Origin: Basidiobolus meristosporus CBS 931.73
Lineage: Eukaryota > Fungi > Basidiobolomycota
Assembly (NCBI GenBank): GCA_002104905.1
Contig: MCFE01000056.1
Location: 1 to 64,000, forward strand
Direction: 5' to 3'
DNA: 64,000 nt
The position numbers and the translations under genes are program-made. Below, piece by piece: positions 43,725-56,080 of the stretch. Position 1 is the stretch's first letter, and each line of letters starts with the position of its first letter. The notes beneath the pieces are model-generated. The model ran no database searches and was not told the DNA's origin. It worked only from the letters and a program-made list of their open reading frames with translations.

Positions 43725-46700
43725 TGTTGTAAGAGTCTTGGAGATATTGGAAGTGATTTGGAGAACAAGTAGATTATGTGGTTTTCACTTAATGATTTAT
43801 TGAATGTAAAAGTAGTATTTATACTTTTACATGGTCTTGGCATTACAAACACGTAGAATAGGTTAAGGAAGGTCCCAAGAACATGTGTGCAAGGTTTGGG
43901 GCTGTTTGGACAACTTTGAGAATTTTCATGTTCTGGGTACCTGGTATTTTGGTGAAAATATTCTAAGTAAATCCCGACAAGGAATTTGGTCAGTATTCTC
44001 TAGGATTTGAAGGTGATGATCTAAGTGACTAAGTTAGGTGAATATTTAGGTGGAAAATACGAATTTTTACAACACTCCCACTCAGCTAAATGTTCATACT
44101 GACTAGTCCTAATTTTGACCTAAGATATTCAAACTTGTCTCTAGCTAATGGTTTGGTAAATATGTCTGCAATCATTTCATCTGTAGGACAGTAAACTAAG
44201 CTAACTAAGTTATTCTCTATAGCTTCACGTATGAAATGATGTCTAATATCTATGTGCTTGGTTCTAGCATGAAAAGTTGGATTTCTACCTAATTGTATAC
44301 ATCCTTGATTATCTTGAAATAAAGTAATAGGCGTTTTTTGACATAGGCCTAAATCTGTAAAGAGCTTTCTTAACCACATTGCTTCTTTTGTAGCTTCACA
44401 GGCTGCCATATACTCTGCCTCTGTAGTAGAAAGTGCTACGGTTGGTTACTTTCTTGAATTCCATGAAATGGCTCCTTTACAGTAAAGAAAGGTGTATCCT
44501 GTGGTGGATCTTCTGTCTTCTAAATTTCGTCCCCAATCAGCATCAGAGTATCCCACAAGATCCTGTTCTGAATCCTTATAAGTGTATCTTAAGCAGATAT
44601 CAGCAGTTCCTTTTAGGTATCTAAAAATCCGCTTAACTGCTGCAATATGATCAGATCCATAATTCTGATTATGTTGGCTGACAACTCCCACTGAATATGA
44701 GATATCTGGACGTGTTCCAAGCATGATATACATCAGACTGCCGACCATAGATTGATAAGGAAAGTCAGGGCTTTCAGATGGCACCAAGCTCTCTTGATTT
44801 GGTTGAGTTTTGACCAAGTTAAGGTTTGTCTCCATTGGGGTAGCTGCCGGTTTACAGTCTTCCATTTGGTACTTCTTTAGTATATCTTGAATATACTTGG
44901 ATTGGCTTAGGGTAATAGTCTGGGTACTTCTGTCTATGGAGAACTTAATCCCTAAGTAGTAACTAAGTTCTCCTAGATTGGACATCTTGAACTCCTTAGA
45001 TAGGCTGGATTTAGTCTCTTCCAATGTTTCTAGGTTATTGGCGGCTATAATAAGATCATCCACATATAGAGCTAATAGAACTGGATTTGCTCTATCTGGC
45101 TTATAGTATATACTATAGTCAGCATTACTCCTTTTGAAACTCAAAGATTCCAAATAAGAATCTATCTTGCAATTCCAGGCTCTCGGTGATTGTTTGAGAC
45201 CATATAGTGACTTTTTAAGCTTGCAGACCAAATGGGGGTTATCTTGGTCAACAAACCCATCAGGCTGGTCCATATACACGTCCTCATCAAGTTCTCCATT
45301 CAAAAATGCAGTTTTTACATCCATTTGATGAATAAAAAACTTATATTTGGCTGCAATAGCCAATATTAATCTGATGGAATTAAACTTGGCTACCGGTGCA
45401 AAGGTCTCAGTATAGTCAAGTCCTTTTGTTTGAGAGTATCCTTTGGCTACAAGTCTTGCTTTGTATCTTTCAATTGTACCATCAGCCTTGTATTTTGTCT
45501 TGAAGACCCATCTGCATCCAATTGATTTTCGGTTGATTGGTAATTTGACTAAGTCCCAAGTTTGATTTTCCATCAGTGCCTGATATTCCTCAGTCATTGC
45601 AGATCTCCAAAACTTTGTCTGAGGGCTATTTAGGGCCTCTTTTACAGTCTGGGGTTCATCAATATGGACTGAATAGGCATAGGCTAAGTTTGTACCCTCA
45701 TTGATATAGTAATTTGGGCTATTTCTTGTCCGATTGGATCTCCGGGCATTTGATACTGGAATGATCACTTCTGGGATATTCCTGGGCACTGATTCTGGCT
45801 GAACCACGGTTGCAGAGTCCTCTGGAGTGAAAAAATTTTCATTGTTTTGCTCTGATTCAATCCTGACAATTGGTGGACTTGAGATTAAATTTTCGTCATC
45901 ATCTGATGTCATTTTTTGTGAAAATTTTGAATTTTCATCAAACAACACATCCCTGGACTTGATAAGCTTCTTTGCTTTGGTATTGTAGAGTCTGTATGCC
46001 TTACTCTCATTGCAGTAGCCCAAAAATATGCATTTTACACTTTTTGGCTCAAATTTTGACTGATTTCCGGCCAGTTTTTTGGCATATGCTGTGCACCCAA
46101 ATATTCTTAGATGTTCTGCACTTGGTCTGTATCCATACCATGCTTCAAATGGAGTAGAATCACGAAGTATTCTGTTATAACTCCTATTTTTAAGGTATAC
46201 AGCAGTGGCAACTGATTCCGCCCAAAAATCATAGGATAATTTTTGATCATGGATCATAGATCTTGCCATATCAATTATTGATCTGTTAGCTCGTTCTGCT
46301 ACTCCATTTTGCTGTGGGGAGTATGGTACAGTAGTCTCTTGCTTTATCCCATGAATTTTGCAGAAGTGGATGAAGAGTTTTGAGGTATATTCTCCACCAT
46401 TGTCAGAGCGTATTTTCTTGATTTTTTCACCAGTTTCTCTCTCCACCATGGCTTTAAACTCCCTGAGCTTAGACAGAGCTTCTTCCTTTCTCTCCATGAA
46501 GTAGACCCATGTGTATCTTGTATAATCATCAATAAAAGTGATTAAATACTTCATCCCGCCTAAGGATAAATTTTGCATAGGTCCACACAGATCTGAGTGA
46601 ATTAGATCTAATTTTTTCTTAGTTTTGATTAACCCAGAGCTCTTGAACGGTTGTCTGGCTTGTTTCCCATATATGCAGGCTTCACAGTGCTCCAAATTAG

Positions 46701-48385
46701 CTGGGGGATCAGTCTTTACTCTGGAAATTAGCTGATCTTTGATCATTTTGCGCAAATAATCAAAATTGATGTGTCCAAATCTCCTGTGCCAAAGCATTGG
46801 TGTTTCTTCATTTAAGTTACTTATATTGGCTTCCGGATATGATGGAATATAAGTCAACTTGTATAGGTTCTGATCTCTGATGCCCAAAGCAATATGAGCA
46901 CCATTTTGATCAGTGATCCTGCATCCAGAATTGTCAAAACTGAAACTGAGTCCTTCTGCTGTGGCCTTGCTTACAGAGAGTAGGTTCTTAGCTATTTCTG
47001 GTACATAGAGTACTTCTTTAAAGGTCAGTGTATGGCTTCCTTCACTGCTTCTAAGGTTTACTTGGATAGTTCCTTCTCCCACTGCATCAAGTGTTCTATC
47101 GTCACCCATGAAAACCTTCTTAATTGGAATTTCTTGATATTGGGTAAAAAGTTCTTTTTGGTGTGTAAAGTGTTGAGAAGCTCCAGAGTCAATATACCAC
47201 GTCTGAGAATCCTTGTTAGTGGTCATATTTAGTGCAGATATGAATAGTCTATCTTCAGTTGTTGCAGCATTTCCATATTCAGGCTTCTTTTGCTGATAAT
47301 CTCTCTTTTTGAAACACCGGTCTGATGTGTGTCCTTTCCTTTTGCAGTAGTTGCAAAATAGGTTGCTGTTGCCTTTGTAGGGTCTTGGGTACCTCCTTTG
47401 TTGGCTATCATTGCTTATTAAAGCATTTTCTTCTTCCTTCTTATTGGCGCTTGATTTTCTTAATTCTTCATCCAGGAGCCTTCCATATACGTAATTTAAG
47501 GTCAAATCTTCAGTTCTGGACTCTAGGGCTGATACAAGGCCCTGAAACTTGTCTGTCAGGCTATTCAGGATGGTAACTATCACATCCTCATCAGTAGTTG
47601 GTACGCCCACAGATTCCATCTCATCTACCAGCAGGGTAATTCTGTTAATTAGATTTTTCATTTCTTCTCCTGGCAGCATCTTTGTAGTAAAGAATTTTCT
47701 TCTCAGATACATTTTCTTGGCAGCTGAACATGACTGGTAGGTGTCTTCTAATGCCTTCCAGGCATTCTTTGCCGTTTTTGCTCTTGAGCATTGAATTAGC
47801 AATTTGTCCTTGACATTAAGGCAAATGCAGTTAAAGGCACTTTGTTCTTTCTTCTGGTACTTTAAGGCTTCCTCTCCCACGTTTTTAGGAGGGCATTCTT
47901 CTCCCATGACAATATCCCAAAGGCCTCTTTCTTGCAGCAGCATCTTCATCTTCACCTTCCACACTTAGTAGTTAGATCCATCCAACTTTTCAGCAGAGGG
48001 AAAAATTCCAGTAATAGCAGTAGTAGACATTGCAGAGAGTGACAGCTTGGTGCTCATAACCTGTTGTAAGAGTCTTGGAGATATTGGAAGTGATTTGGAG
48101 AACAAGTAGATTATGTGGTTTTCACTTAATGATTTATTGAATGTAAAAGTAGTATTTATAGTTTTACATGGTCTTGGCATTACAAACACGTAGAATAGGT
48201 TAAGGAAGGTCCCAAGAACATGTGTGCAAGGTTTGGGGCTGTTTGGACAACTTTGAGAATTTTCATGTTCTGGGTACCTGGTATTTTGGTGAAAATATTC
48301 TAAGTAAATCCCGACAAGGAATTTGGTCAGTATTCTCTAGGATTTGAAGGTGATGATCTAAGTGACTAAGTTAGGTGAATATTTA
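43725..48385 (-). mobile_element. Near-full-length Ty1/copia LTR retrotransposon
   Basis: 3' LTR 43725-44074 (TGTTGTAA...TTACAACA) and 5' LTR 48062-~48385 (near-identical, distal end damaged). PBS GGTTATGAGC follows the 5' LTR; PPT GAGTGGGAG precedes the 3' LTR. Confidence 0.93.
44086..48057 (-). pseudogene. Copia gag-pol (gag, Zn knuckle, protease, integrase, RT, RNase H) with two in-frame TAA stops
   Basis: CNYCKRKGHTSDRC, WYIDSGASQH, LWHRRFGH, IRSDNGGEY, ARLVAKGYSQ, LYVDDLI, GYSDADWG, KHIDIRHHFIRE. One frame of 1324 codons, interrupted only by TAA at 47965-47967 and 44446-44448. Confidence 0.92.
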
Positions 48386-50036
48386 CAGCCGTAGCAACTA
48401 ATGCTGCCCAAAAATCATAAGATAATTTTTGATCATGGATCATAGATCTTGCCATATCAATTATTGATCTGTTTGCATGTTCTGCCTCTCCATCTTGCTG
48501 TGGGGAGTATGGTGCAGTAGTCTCTTGCTTTATCCCAAGAATTTTGCAAAAGTGGATGAAGAGTTTTGAGGTATATTCTATTGTAAAAGTTTGTAATTCC
48601 ATTTAAATACTCACCTAACTTGGTCACTTAGATTATTATCCTTGAATCCTAGAGGATACTGACCAAATTTCTTGTCAGGATTTACTTAGAATATTTTCAC
48701 CCAAATACCAGGTACCTGGAACATGAAAATTCTCAAAGTTGTTCAAACAGCCCCAAACTTTGCACATATGTTCTTGGGACCTTCCTTAACCTATTTGCGT
48801 GTTTGTAATGCCAAGACTATGTATAAGTATAAATACTACTTTTATATTAAATAAATCATTTAGTGAAACCCACATAATCTACTTGTCCTCCCAATCACTT
48901 CCTATGTCTCCAAGACTCTAACAACATATTCTCCACCACTGTCAGAGCGCATTCTCTTGATTTTTTCACCAGTTTCTCTCTCTACCATGGCTTTGAACTC
49001 CCTGAACTTAGGCAGAGCTTCTTCCTTTCTCTCCATGAAGTAAACCCACATGTATCTTGTACAATCATCAATAAAAGTGATTAAATACTTCATCCCGCCT
49101 AAGGATAAATTTTGATAAATTTTGCATAGGTCCACACATATCAGAGTGGATTAGATCTAATTTTTTCTTAGTTTTGATTAACCCTGAGCTCTTGAACAGC
49201 TGTCTGGCTTGTTGCCCATATATGCAGGCTTCACAATGCTCCAAATTAGCTGGGGGATCAGTCTTTACTCTGGAAATTAGCTGATCTTTGATCATTTTGC
49301 ACAAATAATCAAAATTGATGTGTCCAAATCTCCTGTGCCAAAGCATTGGTGTTTCTTCATTTAAGTTACTTATATTAGATTCCAGATATGATGGAATATA
49401 AGTCAGCTTGTATAGATTCTGATCTCTGATACCCAAAGCAATATGGGCATTATTTTCATCAGTGATCCTGCATCCAGAATTCTCAAAACTGAAACTTAGT
49501 CCTTTGGCTGTGGCCTTGCTTACAGATAGTAGGTTCTTGGCTATTTCTGGTACATAGAGTACTTCTTTGAAGGTGAGTGTGTGGCTTCTGTCACTGCTTC
49601 TGAGGTTTACTTGGATAGTTCCTTTTCCAACAGCATCAAGTGTTCTATCATCACCCATGAAAACCTTTGTAATTGGAATTTCTTGATATTAGATAAAAAG
49701 TTCTTTTAGGTGTGTGAAGTGTTGAGATGCTCCAGAGTCAACATACCATGTCTGAGAATCCTTGTTTGTGGTCATATTCAGTGCAGATATGTATAGTCTA
49801 TCTTCAGTTGTTGCAGTGTTTCCACATTCAGTCTTTTTCTGCTGATTATCTCTCTTCTTGAAGCACCAATCTGATGTTTGTCCTTTCCTTTTGCAGCAGT
49901 GGCAAAACAGGTTGCTGTTGCCCTTAAAGGGTCTTGGGTACCTCTTTTGTTGGTTATCATTGCTTATTAAAGCATTTTCTTCTTGCTTTTTATTGGCGCC
50001 TGATTTTCTTAATTCTTCATCCAGGAGCCTTCCATA
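48386..50036 (-). pseudogene. Copia integrase/protease/gag fragments
   Basis: Colinear with parts of 46200-47490, with frameshifts; interrupted by an inverted solo LTR. Confidence 0.85.
48579..48926 (+). mobile_element. Inverted solo LTR of the same copia family with 5-bp TSD
   Basis: Reverse-orientation LTR flanked by TATTC (48574-48578 and 48927-48931), splitting the integrase sequence gaggtatattc|tccacca. Confidence 0.88.
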
Positions 50037-50382
50037 TGTTGTAAAAGTCCTGGAGATATTGGAAGTGATTTGGAAGGACAAGTAGATTATGTGGTTCTCA
50101 CTTAATGATTTATTGAATGTAAAAGTAGTATTTATACTTTTACATAGTCTTGGCATTTCTAACACAAAGAATAGGTTAAGAAAGGTCCCAAAACATGTGT
50201 GCAAAGTTTGGGGCTGTTTGGACAACTTTGAGAATTTTTCTTGTTCTGGGTACCTGGTATTTTGGTGATAATATTCCAAGTCCCAACAAGGAATTTGGTC
50301 AGTATTTGCCAGGATTTGAAGGTAATGATCTAAGTGACTAAATTAGGTGAATATTTAGGTGGAATTGTGAATTTTTACAGCA
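50037..50382 (-). repeat. Copia-family LTR, followed by an inverted partial LTR (~50385-50507) and further fragments to ~50760
   Basis: TGTTGTAAAAGTCC...TTACAGCA; matches 43725-44074. Confidence 0.8.
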
Positions 50383-51820
50383 TTTGTTGTGCCAAGACCA
50401 TGCAAAAGTATAAATAATACTTTGACACTAAATAAATCATTAAGTGAATACCACATAATCTACTTGTCCTCCCAATCACTTCCTATGTCTCCAAGACTCT
50501 TACAACAAAAACCACATAATCTCCCTGCTGACCTAATCTCTTCTGATTTGCACAAAACTTTTGCAATGCCCAGAGCTTGAGAACTTTCAGACTGGTCTAA
50601 AAGCTTCTAAGCTTTGCACACATGCTCTTATGACCTGATATTTTGATAATATATTCCAAGTCCCAACAAAGAATTTAGACACAATATTACAAGATTCATA
50701 TGCTATGATCCAAGTTTAGCAAGTTAATGTAGTGTTTAGGTGCAATTACAAATATATAACAAAATACAGGTGCAAAGCTTGGTGGTTGTAAAGACATTGC
50801 AGATTCAGGGCTTTGAGAGCCACCGGATTGGTTGACCGGATACAACTTTCAGGCTAACTTCTAACAAGTCTCTGCTTACGCATGAATATTAGTAATTGTT
50901 AGTAGCTATTTCTGGACAAGAGTACAGCCAATACGCAATGTAACCAAGCACGGTATTGAAATTGCGGAGCAAATGTACGTATTGGTGATTGTTAGGACCA
51001 TTTTCCCGCCACATTCTTATGCAGAGGGTCGATGAGCACAGGTGTATTTCGGCTGACGATAAGCCACGATGTCTCACAGAACCTTTTAAAGGTTGAAAGG
51101 TTAATGACTAACATTAAACGGTAAAGAAAACTCTATTCAACACTGGCTATAGGCCAAGGTGTAGCTCACTTCAAATGGGGATAGTTATTGTTGGCTCCAG
51201 AAATGGCCATTTCCGGTCTAGAGTTCAACATCCCGTGGAGATAAAGTACGAGAAGATTGGAAATAGAGTGGAAATGAACGAAGGTATTTTAGTACCACCA
51301 TAACCTCAATGCCCATTATAGACCAAAAACCCTCAAATCAGGACCAAGTCGAACTAACAAAAGCATATTCAGCCATTTTCTTACTGCAAAGAAGATTGGG
51401 ACATGGACCAAAATAGTCGCCATGGCAATCAACCCGCAATCGAAACACCTCCATCCGATTTCACAGACCCAAATCGGAACACACGAAGGAAACAATGTGT
51501 TGCAATTTTCGATTAAAATAGACAGTCGGATACCCAAAATACCAAATCGGAACCTAGTTCCAGATATGCCTAATTGATCAGCAGGACAAATCTGGCCAGA
51601 TAAGGGCCAGAAATTTCCCATCTTCCCGGATGATGTTTTTCGAATTCCAAACAAAACCCAACGTAAACACTAGTCCGTAACTGGAACGAGGAGAACGTTC
51701 GATGTAGTACCATGTAATCTTATTATTTATTCATTACCGATAATTTAATATTCACTCTATGTCGAAGGGTGGGATGGTACCATATCCCCCTACGAACAGT
51801 CAAATGCCTAGAAAGATAGC

Positions 51821-53008
51821 TTAGGCCCAGTCACAGATGATGGAACCTTCGAAGGTCTTGCAAACAGTGCCAGGGGCGCAGACTTGCTCAATGGCCTTAC
51901 CGTTAGCGCAAACAGTGAACTTGGCGGATTTACCAGATTCAACGCATTGGTAGGTACCATTGGAGCAAGAGGCTTCAGTGGGCTTGGCAGAGTGGCCAAC
52001 AGTTACGGTCTTGGTGACAGTGAGGGTAACTGGTGCGCAAGTTTCAGCAGGCTTGTGAGCCTCAGTAGTCTTGTGGGCTTCAGTAGTGTGGTGGGTCTCG
52101 GTAGGCTTGTGAGTCTCGGTGGTCTTCTCGGTCTCGGTAGACTTGTGAGTCTCGGTGGACTTCTCGGTCTCGGTAGACTTGTGAGTCTCGGTGGACTTCT
52201 CGGTCTCAGTGGACTTGTGGGTCTCGGTGGACTTCTCGGTCTCAGTGGACTTGTGGGTCTCGGTGGACTTCTCGGTCTCAGTGGACTTGGGAGTCTCGGT
52301 GGACTTCTCGGTCTCAGTAGACTTGTGGGTCTCGGTGGACTTCTCGGTCTCAGTAGACTTGTGGGTCTCGGTGGACTTCTCAGTCTCAGTAGACTTGTGG
52401 GTCTCGGTGGACTTCTCGGTCTCAGTAGACTTGTGGGTCTCGGTGGACTTCTCGGTCTCAGTAGACTTGTGGGTCTCGGTAGACTTCTCGGTCTCAGTAG
52501 ACTTGGGAGTCTCGGTGGACTTCTCGGTCTCAGTAGACTTGTGGGTCTCGGTGGACTTCTCGGTCTCAGTAGACTTGTGGGTCTCGGTGGACTTCTCGGT
52601 CTCAGTAGACTTGTGGGTCTCGGTGGACTTCTCGGTCTCGGTGGACTTGTGGGTCTCGGTGGACTTCTCGGTCTCAGTGGGTTTGACGCTGTTTTCTTTA
52701 TACCAGGCGCAAATCTGACCTTGCAAAGTCATCAACTCGGTGACATGTGACAATGTGTAGGGACAGTTCATTGCGCACAAAGCAGTGTTATCGGTGAATT
52801 TGCTTTTCAAGGGACTTTCACAGATTAGTTCGATGGATTTCATAAAGTTAGGACTGCTTGGATCCTGGGTGTAATCCGGCATCAGTTTCTTGCCAGCGTT
52901 CAAGGCGCAGTCAGTAATACATTGAGTAGGGTATTTGAATGGGAAGTCGACAGCAGAGACAACAACTGAGGCGGCAAGAACCGCAAGGGTCTTAGAGGCA
53001 AAATGCAT
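51821..53008 (-). CDS. Array gene 4 (395 aa): signal + 6-Cys domain + ~32 TETxKS hexamers + CBM19-like module
   Basis: Single ORF ending IICDWA. Confidence 0.9.
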   Translation of the reverse strand: MHFASKTLAVLAASVVVSAVDFPFKYPTQCITDCALNAGKKLMPDYTQDPSSPNFMKSIELICESPLKSKFTDNTALCAMNCPYTLSHVTELMTLQGQICAWYKENSVKPTETEKSTETHKSTETEKSTETHKSTETEKSTETHKSTETEKSTETHKSTETEKSTETPKSTETEKSTETHKSTETEKSTETHKSTETEKSTETHKSTETEKSTETHKSTETEKSTETHKSTETEKSTETPKSTETEKSTETHKSTETEKSTETHKSTETEKSTETHKSTETEKSTETHKSTETEKTTETHKPTETHHTTEAHKTTEAHKPAETCAPVTLTVTKTVTVGHSAKPTEASCSNGTYQCVESGKSAKFTVCANGKAIEQVCAPGTVCKTFEGSIICDWA

Positions 53009-55073
53009 GATGACACTATAAGTTATGACTTATAACTTTACTACTGAGCTGAACAAGCTGGGTATTTATAAGATTACTCTACCCATGCTATTCATAGCCT
53101 ACTATAGACCAGACTCGCAGTATCTCTGAGGCAATTCTGGAATTTTCATGAGATAAACATATCGAGAGTAAAAGAGAACTAATGTCATTAGCTTCACTCT
53201 GCTATATTTGGAGGATTTATTTTTGGCAGAGTGCTGACAAAAAAGAACTCCCTAAACGGATTGGTCAACGGGGTTATTGTAATCCGAGTTGTATTGTGAA
53301 AAATCGCATGAATCAAAAGTCTAAATCTAGAATTATATTGAATATAGTCGAGACTTACTGGCACATACTGGTAATCGCGGACTTATCATGCTACAAATCT
53401 TCCCACTCCAGCGTGGCTGAGAGGGTGGTGACTAGATTGGCGTGATGGAATCCGAATGTATACTGTTGTCCTAATTATAGATACATGAACAAAGAAACAA
53501 ACGCGACCTTACGATTAGAAACTACAAGAACCAAGTGACCATTTCGAATCGTTGATTTTATATCCAAGCTAACCTGTTCCTCAGGCTTAATCCTATGGAA
53601 CATACGATGCCTTTGGCTAAAGATAGATTGAGGGAATGTCTAAATCTGTTGATGCCGAAACCGACAGTAGAATCGCCCATTCTACGGTGCTACGCGTTAT
53701 TGTTCTCAAACACTACCTCAGGTGGCTTTGAATTCCTCCAAGGGAAATAATGTCAAAGCCAATAGCGATAATCCGTGCGAATTACGAGCACTACATGATT
53801 GCAAAACTATACTGGAAAGGCATATTTTAGGAATAGCATCTGACCAACTGAAAAAACTTGGTTTTAGGCTTATTTCCACATAGCTCATGTGTTGGGCATT
53901 CTTGGTATAGATACCAAACTAAAACTCGAGAATGTTTTGCCAGTAAATACTTTTCTTAAGCTTGATTATATGCCGGAAACGCTAACCATGTTGGAATCAT
54001 GTCTGTGAAGGAGCAACTGTGCATAGAATGCGCCAGCTATTGGTAAACAGGTAGCTACGAGTGATTGATATTAACCTGAGCGTTTAGAAGGACTATTCAA
54101 GCATCATTCTGGTCCAAGAGATCATGATTAGGTGCTCTTTTCAGAAGCACAATCGAAGATCTCATCAACGATAGGCTTGATCGAGATGATGAACCACAAA
54201 TAGCTAAATTAACATATTGGCATATTCCATGACTCGGGTATCTGGTCTTGGCATTATGAAACAAACAAATAACCAAAACAACCTTGGATTCTCGGACTTG
54301 GCATTGATTTCTGTGTTCTCCGATCATGGATCACATTTCCATGATCTGATATAGTTATATTGAGGTTGGAAATATGATTTCGGCATGACAAATTGAAACA
54401 CTAATAATTAGTTTTCGAGGGGTTTTTGGATTCCACTTTGGCAAGAGCTAGCTCAAGATGGTATTCTGCAACCATGTGGTCCAGGTTAGGAGGTTGCATT
54501 GTCGATCTATTTGATAACATTGGTAGTGAATTCGCATTGTTAGGCGCAGTTAGTGCAGGAAGTTTCAGTGATTTATGATGAATCAGCTCGAATACCACCA
54601 TAGAATTGGGGACTCTTCGAAAGGCCTCGGGTCGTGTCTTTGCCAATTTCATCTATTTAAGCATCTAGGTAGCTCACAGTGCAGCCTACACTACACTCTA
54701 ATCCTACACTTGTCTACCAAGAAAGCTATGCAAGGAAATCGGTTGATTGAGTAATGTGCTTACTGTGCTCCATTTAATCTGGTCTAGGGTCTGAAGATGG
54801 TATCAATCGAAGTGGAGGTAAAACGGTGGGCTAAGGGGGTCGGCGGTTGTATTACAGAGTGCATATTCAAATATAGTCTCTATAAGGAAGATTCAATTAA
54901 ATACAAGCGTTACTATTATATGACATGGCCCAAACAAAACCATCAGTCTGTGCGGTATTACCAAAAATCTCATATATCAAACAGAATTGAGAGAATCTTT
55001 ACTCGATTTATTTCATGGGCTATTAGGAACTCTACGCGCCCACTACAGATCGGTCACTTGTCATCTATGGTCG

Positions 55074-55679
55074 TTAAGCCCAGTCGCATATGATGGAATT
55101 TCTAACCGTCTTGCAGACAGTGCCAGCTGAACAGGCTTGGGTCACGAGTTTGCCATTGTTACAGATAGTGAATTGACCAGATTTTCCTGAATCGACGCAT
55201 TGGTAAGCACCATTAATACAAGAAGCTTTAGCTGGTTTAGAAGTTTGCGTTTTGGTCACAGGAATGGCTACACTCGTTTTAGTTACAGTTGGAGTTTGGA
55301 CGGGAGTAAACATGGTGGTGAAGGCACTGTTCATTGCGTTTTGGGGCTCATCAAGATTCTCAAGCGTATTGAAAAGGTTACAAAAGGTTTCAGTCAATAC
55401 CGGTAACTCAGGCATGGTAGTATTACACCTCTCAGCCAGACAATACTTGCCTTGTTTTAGATAAACGTTTACTAGAGGAGAATCTTCGACACAAAGTAAT
55501 TCGAGTGATTCCTGGACGGAAGAATTTGATTGAACCTGCTCATATTGGTACCAGATTCTTAGACCGGCTTCCATCACACAATTCAAAACACAGTCGAGCC
55601 GTTGTTGGGTTTGAGGCTCGGAGGCAGAGACTAGGACAGAAGTGAAGAGTCCAGCAAGAATTGTGGTGGAGAAACGCAT
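55074..55679 (-). CDS. Array gene 5 (201 aa): signal + 6-Cys domain + short linker + CBM19-like module
   Basis: Single ORF ending IICDWA; paralogue of gene 6. Confidence 0.88.
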   Translation of the reverse strand: MRFSTTILAGLFTSVLVSASEPQTQQRLDCVLNCVMEAGLRIWYQYEQVQSNSSVQESLELLCVEDSPLVNVYLKQGKYCLAERCNTTMPELPVLTETFCNLFNTLENLDEPQNAMNSAFTTMFTPVQTPTVTKTSVAIPVTKTQTSKPAKASCINGAYQCVDSGKSGQFTICNNGKLVTQACSAGTVCKTVRNSIICDWA

Positions 55680-55934
55680 GACTATATTGCCTAAACAGAT
55701 TGCATCTTAGAGTGAACCAGGTACAGTATTTATGCAGTCCTTGTTCCACGATAAAGTATCATTAAAGGAAATATTAAATGGTAAATATGATTAGGCTGAG
55801 CTATCTCTACCTAACGGTTGAATGATGACCAGAGAAATTATACGCTATATTATCTTGTTGATTTCCACAAGGCCATTGTATACAAGATCTTGAGTGTTGT
55901 ATTGATAGCCATTCCAGATATATGCGACCTTAGA

Positions 55935-56080
55935 TGGGTCAATTCTCTACAGTAAGGGAAGATTGGTGGACACAAGCCCAATTAGTAAACAAAAACTGGC
56001 GGCTCCCAGTAAAAGCGTAAAGTATGAATTGACATCTTTATAATCCTAACTGCTGACTCTGAGGTATCTGGTGCTAGATT
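55935..56080 (-). pseudogene. Decayed copy of MED11 exon 1/intron 1/exon 2 start (ends approximate)
   Basis: caattctctacagtaagggaag...agtaaac and ctgctgactctgaggtatctggtgctagat match 58570-58720. Confidence 0.6.

Noticed and set aside
52100-52680. Regular short repeats resembling a CRISPR array
   Set aside because: No unique spacers; in-frame coding repeats in a eukaryotic gene.
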